DNA of 64,000 nt, taken from NCBI GenBank assembly GCA_043228905.1, contig JBHGNT010000008.1, forward strand, positions 18,228,001-18,292,000. The letters are read 5' to 3'. Positions 11,465-25,168 of this stretch are shown here, in pieces; position 1 is the first letter of the stretch; the number at the start of each line of letters is the position of its first letter. Both the position numbers and the translations under genes were made by a program. This DNA is from Azolla caroliniana (taxonomy: Eukaryota; Plantae; Polypodiophyta). Below the pieces are notes generated by a model. The model saw only the letters and a program-made list of their open reading frames with translations, ran no database searches and had not been told where the DNA came from.

Positions 11465-14400
11465 TGTAAAAGATTGCTTGCGGAAGCATTAGAAAGAACA
11501 ATACACAAAGAGAGAGAGATAGTACGCGGGAGAGACAGAGAGAGACAGAGAGAGAGCAGGACACACTATTCTTCAAAATTATATGAATACTTTGTGCTCT
11601 CTGTTTTACAACGCGCTCATCATCGCTATTTATACAAGTCCACACGGGATTGTTAGAAGTATGGTGTACTTCAATGCTCACACGAGCATCTGACACTAAC
11701 TACGAGACTATAACAGCCTAGTAGTCTAACCTATACTAGGCTTCTGGTTACGGATTGGATCCGGCATACCGGCTCCCCAGCTCACCGGTCCTTACTGCTT
11801 ACCGGCTCGGTTGCTCACCGGCATACCGATTCATCTCGCTTACTGGCTTAGGCTTATTCAGCCGATCCGGCTCCGGTTGAGCTTGCCGCTCAACACTCCC
11901 CCTCAAGCTCAACCTGAGGTAGGGTCGTAGTGTCAACCTCTGTGGCAGCCGGTTCTTCCAACCGACTTCTCCTGGCATCGCTTCGCCTTGCTCGCGCTCC
12001 TTGTCCGATTCGGTCCCGTTTTCCACGACCCCTTTGGTTCTGCGCGCCTCGACCTTCGGCATGTCTGCTCAATAGGCCCATCTCAGCTCCTTCGCTGCTA
12101 CAATTCCGGCGCTTGCCGATCCGTCGGTTCCTCCGCGATGGCATCGACTTCCGCTGCATCCATGTCTCCTTGGCGTCTCGTTGATCCGAATCGGTTGTCT
12201 CCGACTCGTTCCAGCTCTTGTCCGAATTGGTATCCTCCGATTCGATTTTCGGCTTTAGGCCTCTCACCACATCGGACCACATCCAGGTCTTGGCCTTCTC
12301 TGTGCTTCCCTTGGCTTCTTCAGCCGGTTCACCAAAGTCGAATTCTTCATTCGACTCCGCATCATGGCCATTACGATCGTGATGACCTCCGCATAGCATG
12401 CACTTCTCTTCCTGAGTGTACACTTCTTCTTCACAGCCACTCACTCCGACCTGTTCGGATGTGCCGACTTCCTTCGTCGACTCGGCTTCATTTTTCTTCT
12501 TGTCTCCACCTCTACCGATTCTTCTCTTACCTACGGGTTCAATAGTTTTTTTGCCTTTGCCCGTTTCAGTGGTGTCTTTGCCCTTGTGTCTCCCCCTCAA
12601 GTGCGGCACGTCGAGATGTTGAACACCAAGCATTTTGGTAAAGTGCTGCAACTTGTCCGACCCGAGCGGCTTGGTGAAGATGTCGACTACTTGCCGATCC
12701 ATGTGAACATATCGTAGTTCAACTTCACCGCTCAGGACCCGCTCACGCATGGAACACAGGGTTCTATGTGCTTTGTGCGAGCATGGAACACAGGGTTCTT
12801 GGCGAGCTGCATGCTCCTGAGGTTATCGCAGTAGATCAAGATCGGGTTCGGTACCTCGATCTGCAGGTCTTGCAGTAGTCGCCGAAGCCAAATGGCTTCG
12901 CAGGTGGCAACGGTCGCGCCTCGGTATTCAGCCTCAATGCTGGATAGAGCCATTGTTGGCTGCTTTTTGCTGCTCCACGCAACAACCGTGCTCCCAAGAG
13001 AAAACATAAAGTCGGAAGTTGAGCGACGATCCGTTGCATCACCAGCCCAATCGGCATCCGTGTAGTCGACAAGCTCTTCAGTTATACCTTGCCAGTATAA
13101 GAGCCCCCGGTCCTTAGTGCCGCTTACATACCTCAGTATTCGTTGCGCGCACTAAAGGTGCTCCACGGTCGGCTTCTACATGAATTGGCTTATCACTCCG
13201 ACCGAATAGCTAATGTCGGGTTCGGTGATGGTCAAGTAGATCAAGCTTCCGACTATTTGTCGGAACCGTTTCTCATCGCAGGCTGGTCCGGAGTTGGGAC
13301 GGATCTTCTGATTCCGGTCCAAGGGTGTGGAGATAGGTCGGCATTCCGTCATGCCGAACTTGTACAGTACATTCAACGCATAATGGCGTTGAGAAAGCAA
13401 TATGCCGTCGGGGGTGCAGATCACCTCGATCCCAGAAAAATAATGAAGGTCCCCCAAGTCCTTCATATCGAATGCGTCTGACAACTGGGACTTGACGCGG
13501 TTGATTTCCGGAAGACCTGGGTCGGTGATGACTAAATCATCAACGTAGAGTAAGATACATACCAGACCGTTTGAGCCTTGACAGATGAACAGGGAAGAGT
13601 CTGAATTAGAGGCAACAAACCCCATCTTTCGCAACCGGTGCATGATCTTAGCATTCCAAGCACGGGGGGCTTGCTTCAAGCCGTACAACGACTTCCTCAG
13701 CCGGCATACCGCCGACTTGTTCACCTCCGACTGAAAACCGGGGGGCTGAGTCATAAAGACTTCTTCTTCAAGATCTCCTTGAAGGAAGGCATTCTTCACA
13801 TCCATCTGATGAAGATGCCACCCCCTTGCCGCAGCAACCGCCAGTAACACACGAACCGTCGTCATCTTCACTACAGGAGCGAAGGTTTCGTCGTAGTCGA
13901 TTCCGTGGGTTTGCGCATATCCCTTCGCCACTAACCGGGCCTTGTACCGGTTAACTGTACCATCGACATTGTACTTTATCTTGTACACCCACTTGCATCT
14001 GATCGGTTTACAGTGACGGGGAGGGTCAGCCAGGTCCCAAGTTCCATTGGCATCCAGTGCCCGCATTTCTTCCTCCATAGCGGCACGCCAATTTGCGTCC
14101 TTTGCCGCTTCTGCATAGCTCTCCAGCTCACACACTTCCGCGACCTTGGTCATGTACGCATAATGATGCGCCATGTACTCGTTATACCCGTACCGTTTAA
14201 CGAGATCCTTCTTGCGGGTGGACTGGCGTAACTCACCGTTACCCGATATGAGACCCTTCTTGGCCGGTTCAGTCTTCGTTCCCAAAGATCTGCCTATGTC
14301 CTTGCCAAAGTCAGATACGCACCGATCCGACTCATCATTGCCGGTCTCGAATTCCGGCATCTTCTTCTTCCCTTTCTCTTTGCGTGTGAATCGTCTCCTC

Positions 14401-16562
14401 GGTTCCTTGCGTGGGGAGAGCACGACAGAGTCTCCACTACTCATCGTCTCATCATCTGACTGGTTGGACTGATCCAGTCTCTCATTCGGTCCGCTTAACC
14501 GGAACGATTCCGGATTCTCATCTTGAGTCCCGGCTTCATCTTTCTCTACATGGGCCGGTTCGAGCTCACTAGCCCCATCCTCCGACATCGGGTCGGGATC
14601 GAAAGTCGGAGTCGGTAAGGAATACCACAATGCCGATTCATCAAACTCGACATCTCGGCTGACTCGAACCTGCTTCGTCCGGGGGTTATAACACTTATAC
14701 CCCTTTTGCTCTTGAGCATAGCCGACTAGGATGTATTTTTCCGATTTTGCATCCATCTTTCTCCGCTTCTCATCCGGCACATGTACATAGGCTATGCTGC
14801 CGAATATCCGGAGATGTCTCAAATTCGGCTTGCGCCCGAAATATAGCTCGTGAGCTGACACCTTGTCCCCGATCCGGTTCTGGATGTAAACGGCCGTTTG
14901 GACCGCCTCCGCCCAGTAGAACTTGGGCATGCTCTTTTCCTCTAGCATTGCCCTAGCCGCGTCAATCAGCGACCGATTCTTCCTTTCGGCCACACCGTTC
15001 TGTTGCGGTGTGTATCTGCAGCTGAATTCTCGCCGAATTCCTTTTTGTTGCAGATAGTTGTTGAATTGGCCGGAAAAGTACTCTTTTCCGCTATCCGACC
15101 GTAGGCATTTGATCTTCCTCTCCGATTCCCGTTCCACCATCTTCTGAAGGCTCCGGAAACACTCGAAGTCTTCGCTCTTCCACTCAATGAGGTAGATCCA
15201 CGTATGCCGCGTGTAGTCGTCGATGAAGGAGACGAAATATCGACTCCCGCCAATGCTAACATTTTGTGCCGGTCCCCACACATCCGAATGGATAAGATCG
15301 AGCTTGTTATGGCTTTGATTTCTTTCGGTGGGGAATGGAAGCCGATGTTGCTTCCTGAGTTGGCAGGCTTCACAAATCTGGGCTCTCAGGCCGCTAAACT
15401 TCGGCAAACCGAAAATGACTTGTTCCGTTTGTAGGTCTTGAAGCCTCCAGTAGTTGACGTGGCCGATCCGCTTGTGCCACAGGTCAATATCCGACTCGAC
15501 CTTCTGTCCTTTGGGGAACAGTGCGGTGCCGACGTCATTGGTGTTGAGAATAAACATCCTCCCATCTCTGTGCCCTTGCGCAATAACTTCGCCCTCATCC
15601 TCAATGAAGTACCCGAGGTGCGTAAACCGCACCTGCATCCCCTGGTCAATGATCTGTCCGACCGACACCAGGTTCTTCGTGATCGTCGGAACATGTAATA
15701 CATTCATCAGCTTCCCCCTCTGTCCGACGTGGCTCAACGGGACTTCTCCGATGTGCACGATCGGGTGGGGAGTGTCGTCTCCGGTTTCGACAACTCCCGG
15801 TTGATCCGGCTTCTCCAAAAAGGAGAACCACTCCTCGTGGCTCGTCATGTGGTTCGATGCGCCGGAGTCAACGTATTTGGAAGTGGTCTTCTTCATTGAG
15901 TTTGCCTTGTGCTTCATCACCAAGGCTGGCCCCTTACCGTTCTTGGATGCTCCCGATCCGTTTGCGTAGTGCGAGCTTTGCCGGCCTTCCTTGCCGGTCT
16001 TGCCGGATCCGGATTTGTTTGAATCGGCACACTTTCTCCAGCACTCGCTTTCCCTGTGGCCCTTTTTGCCACAGTACCAGCATTCCGTAGCGGATTTGTC
16101 TTGCCGGCCTCCGGCACCACCTAGACTCCCGCTGCTTGTGGAAGTCCTAGAACTGTTGTCGGCACGCTCACTATGCCTTCGTTCTTGCTCTTGCCGATCG
16201 CCTCCATTGCGTGCCGACCTGACTCGTCCACCACGCCCGCGGGACCGATCCACTCCCGTGTACAACATCCGGCTGTCTGGGGATGCACTGGTAGATGCAC
16301 CGGCCTGGTTCTCCTCTACAAGGAGCATCGACTGTAAGTCGAAAAATGAGGGCGTATTCTCCCTTGTACAAACCGCAGTCCAGAAAGCTCCGAACTTGGA
16401 CGCCAGGCCTCCAAGACAGACTTGCACCATCTCGTCTTCTTCTACGGTGACATTAATAGAGGCAAGCGAGTCACAGATCCCTTTGATCCGGTCTGTGTAA
16501 TCTGCCACCGACGTGTTCTTCTGTCGAACATTGCTCAACTCCTATCTGAGTTGCAGCTTCCG
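11465..16562 (-). mobile_element. Ty1/copia element, 5'-truncated, inserted into LTR A
   Basis: 3' LTR 11465-11895 (TGTAA...CAACA) with PPT at 11896-11907; polyprotein in copia order gag-PR-INT-RT-RH. Confidence 0.95.
11890..16538 (-). pseudogene. copia gag-pol polyprotein (few lesions) with C-terminal extension
   Basis: CWYCGKKGHRESEC, DSGASNH, WHKRIGH, HSDVWG...QQNGVAER, YKARLVAKG, YVDD, SWSSKKQ-like RNase H motif, HARTKHIE; ORFs 13176-16538, 12732-13007 and 11890-12750. Confidence 0.93.
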
Positions 16563-18850
16563 AGGAACTACACGAGGCCTGCCCAAACGTGCGAGTCAAG
16601 ATCGGCGACGTCGAAATAGACCAGCACTTCTTTGTGCAGGTAACGTCCTCGCACCCGGTCATTCTAGGGGAACCGTACATTACGGCGGCGCGAATGGAGA
16701 CCAAGGTGCTGGACAACGGGTCGGCTTATGCGAGGGTCAAGAGCCAGGATGAGCGTCATTCGGTCCAGTTCCTGACAGTACGACCCAACCACGAGCGAAA
16801 CCGCGAGTCCCTCGGTGGCGAGAACCGAGAGGATTTTTAGAGAGGGCTGCCAAGGCGTGGGGCCGCGACAGTCCGGACACTCCGGGAAAACCCCACAAAT
16901 GTACGATAAAAGCGAAACCAAAGAATCCTTGTACCATAAGTAGGAAGTTTTGTTTCTCCGACAACGGAGGGTGTACGATAGTCGGCATCGTAGGCCGAGA
17001 AAAGACAAGGGCGGAAGAGCGACTTCGGGCGTGTGGAGTTCTCGGGCCCAGTGAGGAAATCAACGGAGCCGTGAAGGCGGTCTCCTTCGACGATACCTTG
17101 GGAATACTGCGAGAAGTGGTCGGAGAGGGCCTTAAAGAGGACCGGACGATACCGGTTTGTTCAGAAGAGATGTATGAAGTCATCGCGGACTTCAGTCGAG
17201 GGCTCGAGTCGGATCGGACGGCCTGGGTTAACACAAAGTACAAGACTGTGAACCGGAAGGTAAGGCCAATCGCGGCACCCTTACCGGAGGGCAGCGAGTT
17301 GCGAATCGAGGGGGTCGCATCGGACCCCAGTTTACGTGATCCGGCCTGCATAGGACACACCTTCACCGACAGAACGCTATGGGAGCTCAAAATTGGTGGG
17401 AGCGGGTTCCTACTGCCGGCGGAAGAAGACCGGTTTCGGAGAATGCTTGGAAGGCATGGGAAAGCCTTCGCATTCTCGCCGGAAGAAATCGGGTGCGTAG
17501 ACCCGACAGTCGTGAAGCCGATGGTGATATTCACGGTACCGCATGTACCATGGAATCTCAAGCCAATTTCGGTACCGAGAGCTCACATCCCGGAGCTGAT
17601 GGAGCTATTGAGGCAGAAAGTCGATATGGGCATCCTCGAACCGTCGAGTGCCCCGTACTCGAACCAGTGGTTTACAGTACCGAAGAAGAACGGGACGTTG
17701 CGCTTCATTCAAGACCTGCAGCCGGTCAACAGAGTGACCATTCGGAAAGCAGGAATCAGACCAACGATAGACGAGTTCGCGGAGGCCTTCGTCGGAAGGT
17801 CGATCTACTCGGTCGGTGATCTATACTCGGGGTACGATCAATTCCAACTAGCCGTAGAGAGCAGAGACATTACGACGATGCAGACTCCTCTCGGCCTAGT
17901 GCGGATGTGCACCCTGCCGCAAGGAGGGACGAACTTGGTGGCCCACATGGTGAATGTGATGAACAAGGTGCTGAGGGATTGTATCCCGAACATCACCATG
18001 CCATTCTTGGACGACATCCCGATCAAGGACGAAACGATCGGACCGGATGGATGCCGGAAATTCGTGACGACACACATTGACGACTGCGAGAGGGTGCTGC
18101 AGAGGCTAGAGGACGCGAGGCTCACCTTATCCGGGGAGAAATCGGCCTTCGGGCAATCGGAGATCATGGTCGTCGGACATCTATGCGGGGCGTATGGCCA
18201 GAAACCGTCTCCGGCCAAGGTAGAAGCCATCTCCGCTATGAAGCCCGACTGTAACTCGGTCACGGAGGTTCTTGGGAGCATGCGCGTTCTACCACATATG
18301 GATCCCGCATTACGCCCACGTTGCCGAGCCCCTATACGGGTTGCTGAAAAAGGGGCAAAAATTCGAGTGGTGAGTCGAGCATACGGAGTCAGTCCGAAAA
18401 ATGAAGGAGGCTCTTGCTGCAGCTCCGGTGCTCCGGAAGGCTGTCTACGAGAAAGGCACCCCCATCTACATAACGGTAGATACAAGTCCGACCGGGATCG
18501 GTTGGGTCATCAACCAAGAAGATGAGGACGGTATTCGATTCCCAATCCGGTTCAGCGCGAAGGTCCTCAGCGAGCGACAGCGAGGATACACCCAAGTTAA
18601 ACGTGAACTCAGGGGTATCGTTTCGGCGGTAAAGGCCGATAAAGACTATCTGATCGGGACAGAGGTAATTATCGAGACGGACTGCCTGCCGATCCTCGGC
18701 ATGGTTTCCGGATGCACAACCCCGGACCTGGCAATGCTCAGGTGGATAGCGTACATCAATTCCCTGGATCCGGAAATACGACACATTTCTGGGAAGGATA
18801 ATGCCATGGCCGACATGCTTTCGAGGGCGTGATTCGACGACGAGGGCGGC

Positions 18851-20389
18851 ATGGTTTCGGAGGACGAGGAAGTCGGCGTAGACTTCTTCGAGGCGGCTTA
18901 CGTAACAACCGAGGGGGGAAGCACTCCGGCGCTTAACGATTTCAACGAGAGCAAGTACGACGGGGAGTGGCTGCAGATTGGGGGATTCTTAAGGACAATG
19001 GTGCTGGACGCATCGTGGACAAGGGACGAGGCCAACCGGATCCGGAAGAAAGCATACCGATTCTTTCTCCGGGACGGATACTTGTGGAAGCACCCGAAGA
19101 AGAGGAACGGCATCCTGCTCCGAGTAGTGGCGACGAAGGAGGAACAGGAGGAATTGCTGAAAGCCTACCACGACAGCCCCTGGGCTGGACACCGTGGGAC
19201 GTGGGCCACGTTTGAGAAACAAAAGGGGAAGTACTGGTGGCCGGGACTGTATCGGGACGTGCATCGGTTCGTGACAACTTGTGAGAGTTGTCAGGTGCAC
19301 TCCATAGTCCGACATCGGGACGAGCTTCACCCCACTTACCCTCCGGCCATCCACTTCAAATGGATGGTAGATTTGGTGACGATGCTGATGGGCGTAGGGC
19401 AGATGCGATATCTGGTGCTGGCCCGGGAGGACCTGATGAACCAGGTGGAAGGCCGAGCCCTGCAGAACAAAACGACCGCGGCCATGTGTCGGTTCCTGAT
19501 CGAGGACGTGATATGCCGGTACGGATGCGTCGGAAAGATCGTGGCTGACCGCGGGGAGTTGGACGCCGAAGAGGCCGAGGAGTTGTTCAACCGGTTAGGG
19601 GTCAAGCTCTCGCTCACCACAGCGTACAATCCGGAGGCAAACGGGAAGGTAGAGCGCGGGCACGGGCCAATCGTCAAAGCGCTAGTCTGGGCATGCGGAG
19701 ACCAGGTCGGGAACTGGCCACGGCTGTTACCTTACGCCTTGTGGGCGGACCGGACAACGCACAATTCGGTAATCGGGTTCATGCCGTCGGAACTCATGTT
19801 CGGACAGAAGCCGATCATGCCGATGGAACAGACGATCTCCTCCTGGGCGACAGTAGATTGGAGTGACAAAGTGAGTCGGGAAGAACTGCTAGCGGCGCGT
19901 ATACAGCAGCTCGAGCGGAGGCCAGAGGACGTGGAACGAGCGGCGAAGAGACTTCGGACGACGAGGATGAAGAACAAAGCCCGGTTCGACCGAACGCACC
20001 GGCTCAGACCAAAGAGAATCGAGGAAGGTGACTGGGTGCTAGTCTACGACAGCAGCCTCGACAACCAGCACCGAGCAACACGGAAGTTTGCAAAGCGGTG
20101 GTTCGGGCCTTACGTGGTAACAAGCACCAACGACAATGGGACATATCACCTGGCGGAACTCGACGGTGCGAGGATGGCGATACCAGTGGCGGGAAAGCGG
20201 ATCAAAGCGTTCAAGAAGCGCCACGACGGCGAACCGGATCTAAGAGGCCTGGACAACGACGATGATCAGTCCGAGGCGGAGGACGAACCGATGGATGAGG
20301 AACCGGAACCTGGGCCATTTTTCTCCAACCAGAACCCAATTTTGGCGCATACCGGTGGATGCGCGGTTAGGTGGGGGCGGATGTCGTGA
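18851..20389 (+). CDS. gypsy B integrase region (open frame, 512 aa)
   Basis: HHCC (HDSPWAGH...CESC), VD...ADRGE...NGKVER triad, WFGPY module; no chromodomain visible. Confidence 0.85.
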   Translation: MVSEDEEVGVDFFEAAYVTTEGGSTPALNDFNESKYDGEWLQIGGFLRTMVLDASWTRDEANRIRKKAYRFFLRDGYLWKHPKKRNGILLRVVATKEEQEELLKAYHDSPWAGHRGTWATFEKQKGKYWWPGLYRDVHRFVTTCESCQVHSIVRHRDELHPTYPPAIHFKWMVDLVTMLMGVGQMRYLVLAREDLMNQVEGRALQNKTTAAMCRFLIEDVICRYGCVGKIVADRGELDAEEAEELFNRLGVKLSLTTAYNPEANGKVERGHGPIVKALVWACGDQVGNWPRLLPYALWADRTTHNSVIGFMPSELMFGQKPIMPMEQTISSWATVDWSDKVSREELLAARIQQLERRPEDVERAAKRLRTTRMKNKARFDRTHRLRPKRIEEGDWVLVYDSSLDNQHRATRKFAKRWFGPYVVTSTNDNGTYHLAELDGARMAIPVAGKRIKAFKKRHDGEPDLRGLDNDDDQSEAEDEPMDEEPEPGPFFSNQNPILAHTGGCAVRWGRMS

Positions 20390-20437
20390 AGAAAACCATC
20401 CCCTAGCGCAATCGGTGAATAGCACACATGAACCGGC

Positions 20438-20804
20438 CCTTCACGTGTGCGCGCTCTCAATGTGTATAATAGAGAATTAGGTACAGAGAGAGATCCTGGG
20501 TAGTTAGATTCGGTAGGTAGGAAGTAAAGGAGGGAGACGGCTCCCTTCTTAACGCTATAAAGGAGAGGGAGACACAGGGAGAAAGGGATCGCGCATTGAG
20601 GAGGACGAAGTGTTGTCGGACCTTCACGTGTGCGCGCTCTTAATGTGTATAATAGAGAATTAGGTACAGAGAGAGATCCTGGGTAGTTAGATTCGGTAGG
20701 TAGGAAGTAAAGGAGGGAGACGGCTCCCTTCTTAACGCTATAAAGGAGAGGGAGACGCAGGGAGAAAGGGATCGCGCATTGAGGAGGACGAAGTGCTGTC
20801 GGAC
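20438..20804. repeat. roughly 183-bp tandem duplication in U3 of LTR B
   Basis: CCTTCACGTGTGCGCGCTCT...GAAGTGYTGTCGGA occurs twice, each copy with CTATAAAAG. Confidence 0.9.
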
Positions 20805-23800
20805 CGGAACCGAACGCTTCTCCTCTATCTGTTCTCTGTTGCTCTTCTCTGCAGGTTTCGGGAGGCTCGAGCTGCTTCGAGGAACGCCCGTGTGCTTCCG
20901 GTAGCACCTCCATCCTATCCCCATTTCGTGCGCAGACGAACAGGCATCGACATCTGTTCGCCGGCCTGTTCGGTTGTAGCCGCTCGCGTGTTCTGCTGTC
21001 TACTCGTTATTCGTTAATATACAAACACTTGTGTCTCCCTGTCTTTGTGTCCATTCGCGTTTTCTGTGTTGACGGGCCACGCCCCTGTGTCTCTTTGCTC
21101 ATACATGACCGGGCGTCTCTCTCCTTCTCTTTTCCCCTTCTATCATCTGCTCTTCGGTTCAAGACCTCGGTGGTCCCGCCTCGTTTCCTCACGCACGCGT
21201 GTAGAAACGCGACACCGCTCCACCGGCATAATCGGTTTTTGCTCGTACACCAATTTCGCCGGCATGAACCCGGTCACCAAACTATGTGTAGTCTGGTCCG
21301 CCCACAGCGCGTAAGGTAGAAGCCACGGCCAATTCCCGACCTGCCCTTCGCACGCTCGCACCAACGCGTTCACGATTGGGCCATGCCCTTGTTCTACCTT
21401 CCCGTTTGCCTCTGGGTTGTACACCATAGTGAGGGAGAGCTTGACCCCTAACCGGTCGAACACCTCTTCGGATTCCTGCGCGTCCAACTCCCCCCGGTCT
21501 GCCACGATCTTTCCTACACATCTGTACCGGCACACCACCTCCTCAATCAGGAATCGGCACACCGCCATGATCGTCTTATTCTGCAATGCGCGGCCCTCCA
21601 CTTGGTTCGTTAGATCTTCCCACACCAGTACTAGGTACTGCATATGTCCCACCCCCATCGGCATCGTCACCAAATCTACCATCCACTTGAAATGGACGGT
21701 TGGGGGTAGGTCGGATGCAAATCGTCTCAATGCCGGATTGTAGAGTGCATCTGGCAGCTCTCGCACGTCGTCATGAACCGGTGCACATCCCGGTATAGCC
21801 CCACCCACCAATACTTCCCTTTTAGCTTCTCGAACATGGCCCAAGTCCCGCAGTGACCGGCCCAAGGACTCTCGTGGTATGCCGTGAGCAACATCTGCCG
21901 TTCGTCCTTTCCTGTCACTACTCATAGTGGGACGCCGCCTCTCTTCTTCGGATGCTTCCATAGGCTCCCGTCCCGCAAGAAGAACCGGTACGCTTTCTTC
22001 TGGAACCGGTTTGGTTCGCCTTTCGTTCAGGCGGTGTCCGGTGTCACATCTTCAGGAATCTACCGATCCTGAGCCACTCCCCTTCGTATTCACCCTCGTG
22101 AAACTCGTTAAGCACAGGGGTGCTCCCTACCCTCTTCAGGCAAGCCGACTCGAAGAAGTCCTCGCCGACTTCTTCGTCCTCCAAAACCATGACGTCCTCG
22201 TTGTCGAACCGTGCTCTTGAAAGCATGTCATCCATGGTGTTGTCCTTTTTGGAGATGTGTCATATCTCCGGATTCAGGGACTTGATGTACGTGATCCACC
22301 TAAGCATCGCCAGGTCCGGCATCGCACATCCAGAAACCATTCCGAGGATCGGTAGGCAGTCCGTCTCGATTATTACCTCCATCCCGATAAGATAATCTTT
22401 GTCGGCCTTGACTGCCGAAACAATACCCCAGAGCTCGCGCTTAACTTGGGCGTATCCTCATTGTCGCTCACTAAGTACCTTCGCTTCGAACCGGATATGG
22501 ACCCGTGTGCCGCCCCCATATTCCTAACTGATCACCCATCCTATCCCGGTCGGGCTCGCATCTACGGTTACATAGATTGGAACGTCCTTGCCATAAACCG
22601 CTTTACGGAGTGCCGGTGCCACAGTAAGTGCTTCTTTCAATCTCCGGACCAATTCTGCATGTTCCTCGCCCAAGTCGAATTTGCGCCCTTTCTTTAGCAG
22701 CCTGTAAGCGGTTCTGCGATGTGCGTGTAATGCAGAACCCGGATGTGGTAGAACGCACACGCCCCCAGGAACCTCCACACCTTTGTTACCGACTTGCATT
22801 CCTCTTTTATCGCGGAAATGTCTTCGACCTTTGCCAGAGACGGCTTCCGGCCATAAGGCCCGCACAAATGACCGACGACCATGATTTCTGACTGTTTGAA
22901 AGCCGACTTCTCCTAGGAGAAGGTGAGTCACGCGCCTTCCAGCCTTTGTAGCACCTTCTCGCAGTCTCTGATGTGGTCCGAGACGAATTTCCGACACCCG
23001 TCCGGTCCGACTGTTTTGTCCTTACCCTCCACCGGACATCCCTTGATCGGAATGTCATCCAAAAATGCATTTTGATGTTCGGGATGCAATCCATTTGCAC
23101 CTTATTCATCGCATTCACCATGTGCGCTACTGAGTTTGTCCCCCCTTGCTGGAGGGTACACATCCACACTAGGCCGAGAGGAGTCCGCATTGTCGTAATA
23201 TCCCTGCTCTCTACAGCTAGTTGGAATTGGTCGTACCCCGAGTACAGATCCCCGACCGAGTAAATCGACCTTCCGGCAAAGGCTTCCGCGAACTCGTCAA
23301 TGGTCAGTCTGATTCCTACGTTCTGAATGGTCACCTTGTTGACTGGCTACAAGTCCTGAACAAAGCGCAACGTGTCGTTCTTCTTTGGCACGGTAAACCA
23401 CTTATTCGAGTATGGGGCACTCAACAGTTCGAGGATGCCCATCTCCACCTTCTGCTTCAGTAGATCCATCAGCTTCAGGATGTGAGCTCTGGGTACTGGA
23501 ATCGGTTTGAGATTCCACAGCATATGCGGTACCGTGAAGATGACCATCGGCTCAATTACCATCGGGTCTACGCACCCCATCTCTTTCGACGAGAATGCGA
23601 AGGCCTTCCCATGCCTCCCAAGCATTCTCCGAAACTGTTCCTGCTCCGCTGGCAGTAGAAAACCACCCCCACCAACCTTGAGTTCCTATAGCGTTCTGTT
23701 GGTGAACCGGTGTCCTATGCCGGCCGGATCCCATAGACTTGGGTCCGACGCGACCCCTTTCATCCGCAACTCGCTGCTCTCCGGCAAGGGTGCCGCGACT

Positions 23801-23815
23801 GGCCTCACCTTCCGG

Positions 23816-25168
23816 TGTCATGTGAATCTTCACACACTATGTAAAAAAATAATGAAATAATTATTATAGATTAGATTAGTAGCTTACTATAGAAAGATAG
23901 AAAGATGGATATACTCAAGAGCTTCAAAATGTATTTTACTATATACAAAATGGAGAAATACATATCAAGTTATGTGAAAATAAAGTTTGAGAAGATAGGG
24001 AAATTAGAACTATCCCACATAGATAGGAAAGTTAAGGCCCTAGCTATATAAGCACCTTGAGCTCCCTCATTTTTCATTTGTGCTAAGAGCACTTTGGCCA
24101 CTTTGTCTTGATGGATGATGGTGGCCAAATTCCCTAAAACCAGAAATCGGCCGGTAAGCAAATTCGGAAAATGGGTCCGGTAAACAAATCTAGAAAACGG
24201 GTCTAGTAAACAAATTTGGAAACCGGCCGGTAAACAACCCTGGAAACCGGCTGGTATGCAAACCGGAAACAGGTCGGTAAGCAGAACCGGAATCGGAACC
24301 GGCAAGCAAACCGGAACCGGAAACCGGTCGGTATGCAAACCGGAAACAGGCCGGTAAGCAAAACCGGAACCGGAACCGGCAAGCAAACTGGAATCGGAAA
24401 CCGGCTAGTATGCAAACCAGAAACCGGCCGGTAAGCAAAATCGAAACCGGCAAGCAAACCGGAACCGGAATCGGCCGGCAAGCAAACTGGAACCGTCTAC
24501 CGGACGAGGTTGAACGCGGACGGACGGAAGATTGGATCATGCAACAAACTAAAGTAAAGGCCATGTGGACGCAAGCAACTAAAGTTGGAGTGCATGCAAA
24601 AAGTAAAGGTCATGTGGACGGTCACATGCAACTAAAAGAAAAAGCCATGCAACTAAAAATAGATGCAACCAAAAGAAAAAGCTAGGCAACTAAAAGTAGA
24701 GGCCATGCAACAAAAAGTGGAAAGGCTATGATCAAGGGAGAACTCTATATATATTCCATTTTATTTTTCTTACACTCATACTCTCCATATTATCTTAATT
24801 TTCTTTTCCTTCTCAACTCCCTTATCTTAGGGAAGCCATATCTCTCATAAACCCTAATCTTCCCTACGGAAGCCATAATACTCATATAACCATCATCTCT
24901 TATGAAAGCCAAGAACCCTAAATCTCTATGGAATCCATATCTTAGTTTCATCTAATCTATTATTCTAGCAATCTCCTTAAGATAAAACTTTTGTAATCTC
25001 AATCTTGAGATTGATTGTAATCTTTCTTTCCCTTTATTAATGAAATTTGTGAATCTTTATCATTTTCTATTAATTGTTTAATATAATCATACGAATCTGA
25101 TATCTTCCGGTCGGAGGCCCGGGGGTCCTGCCTCAACGTTCACATATCCTCGTCGTATTTTCGCGATA
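23816..25168 (+). mobile_element. solo LTR of the TGTCRTG group inserted into gypsy A pol
   Basis: TGTCATG...CGCGATA termini; TSD CCGG/CGGG; removal restores YKIMDRKVRP of A; internal AACCGG-rich repeats at about 24145-24495. Confidence 0.82.

Larger units (their letters stand above)
16560..21214 (+). mobile_element. Ty3/gypsy element B (same group as A), 5'-truncated
   Basis: Protease end, RT (FLDD), RNase H (TVDTSP...ETDC), integrase 18851-20389; PPT at about 20363-20381; 3' LTR 20382-21214 (TGTCGTG...CGCGACA) followed directly by integrase sequence of A. Confidence 0.93.

Noticed and set aside
23970-24685. ORFs in the AACCGG-rich region
   Set aside because: Open by-products of tandem repeats inside a solo LTR.
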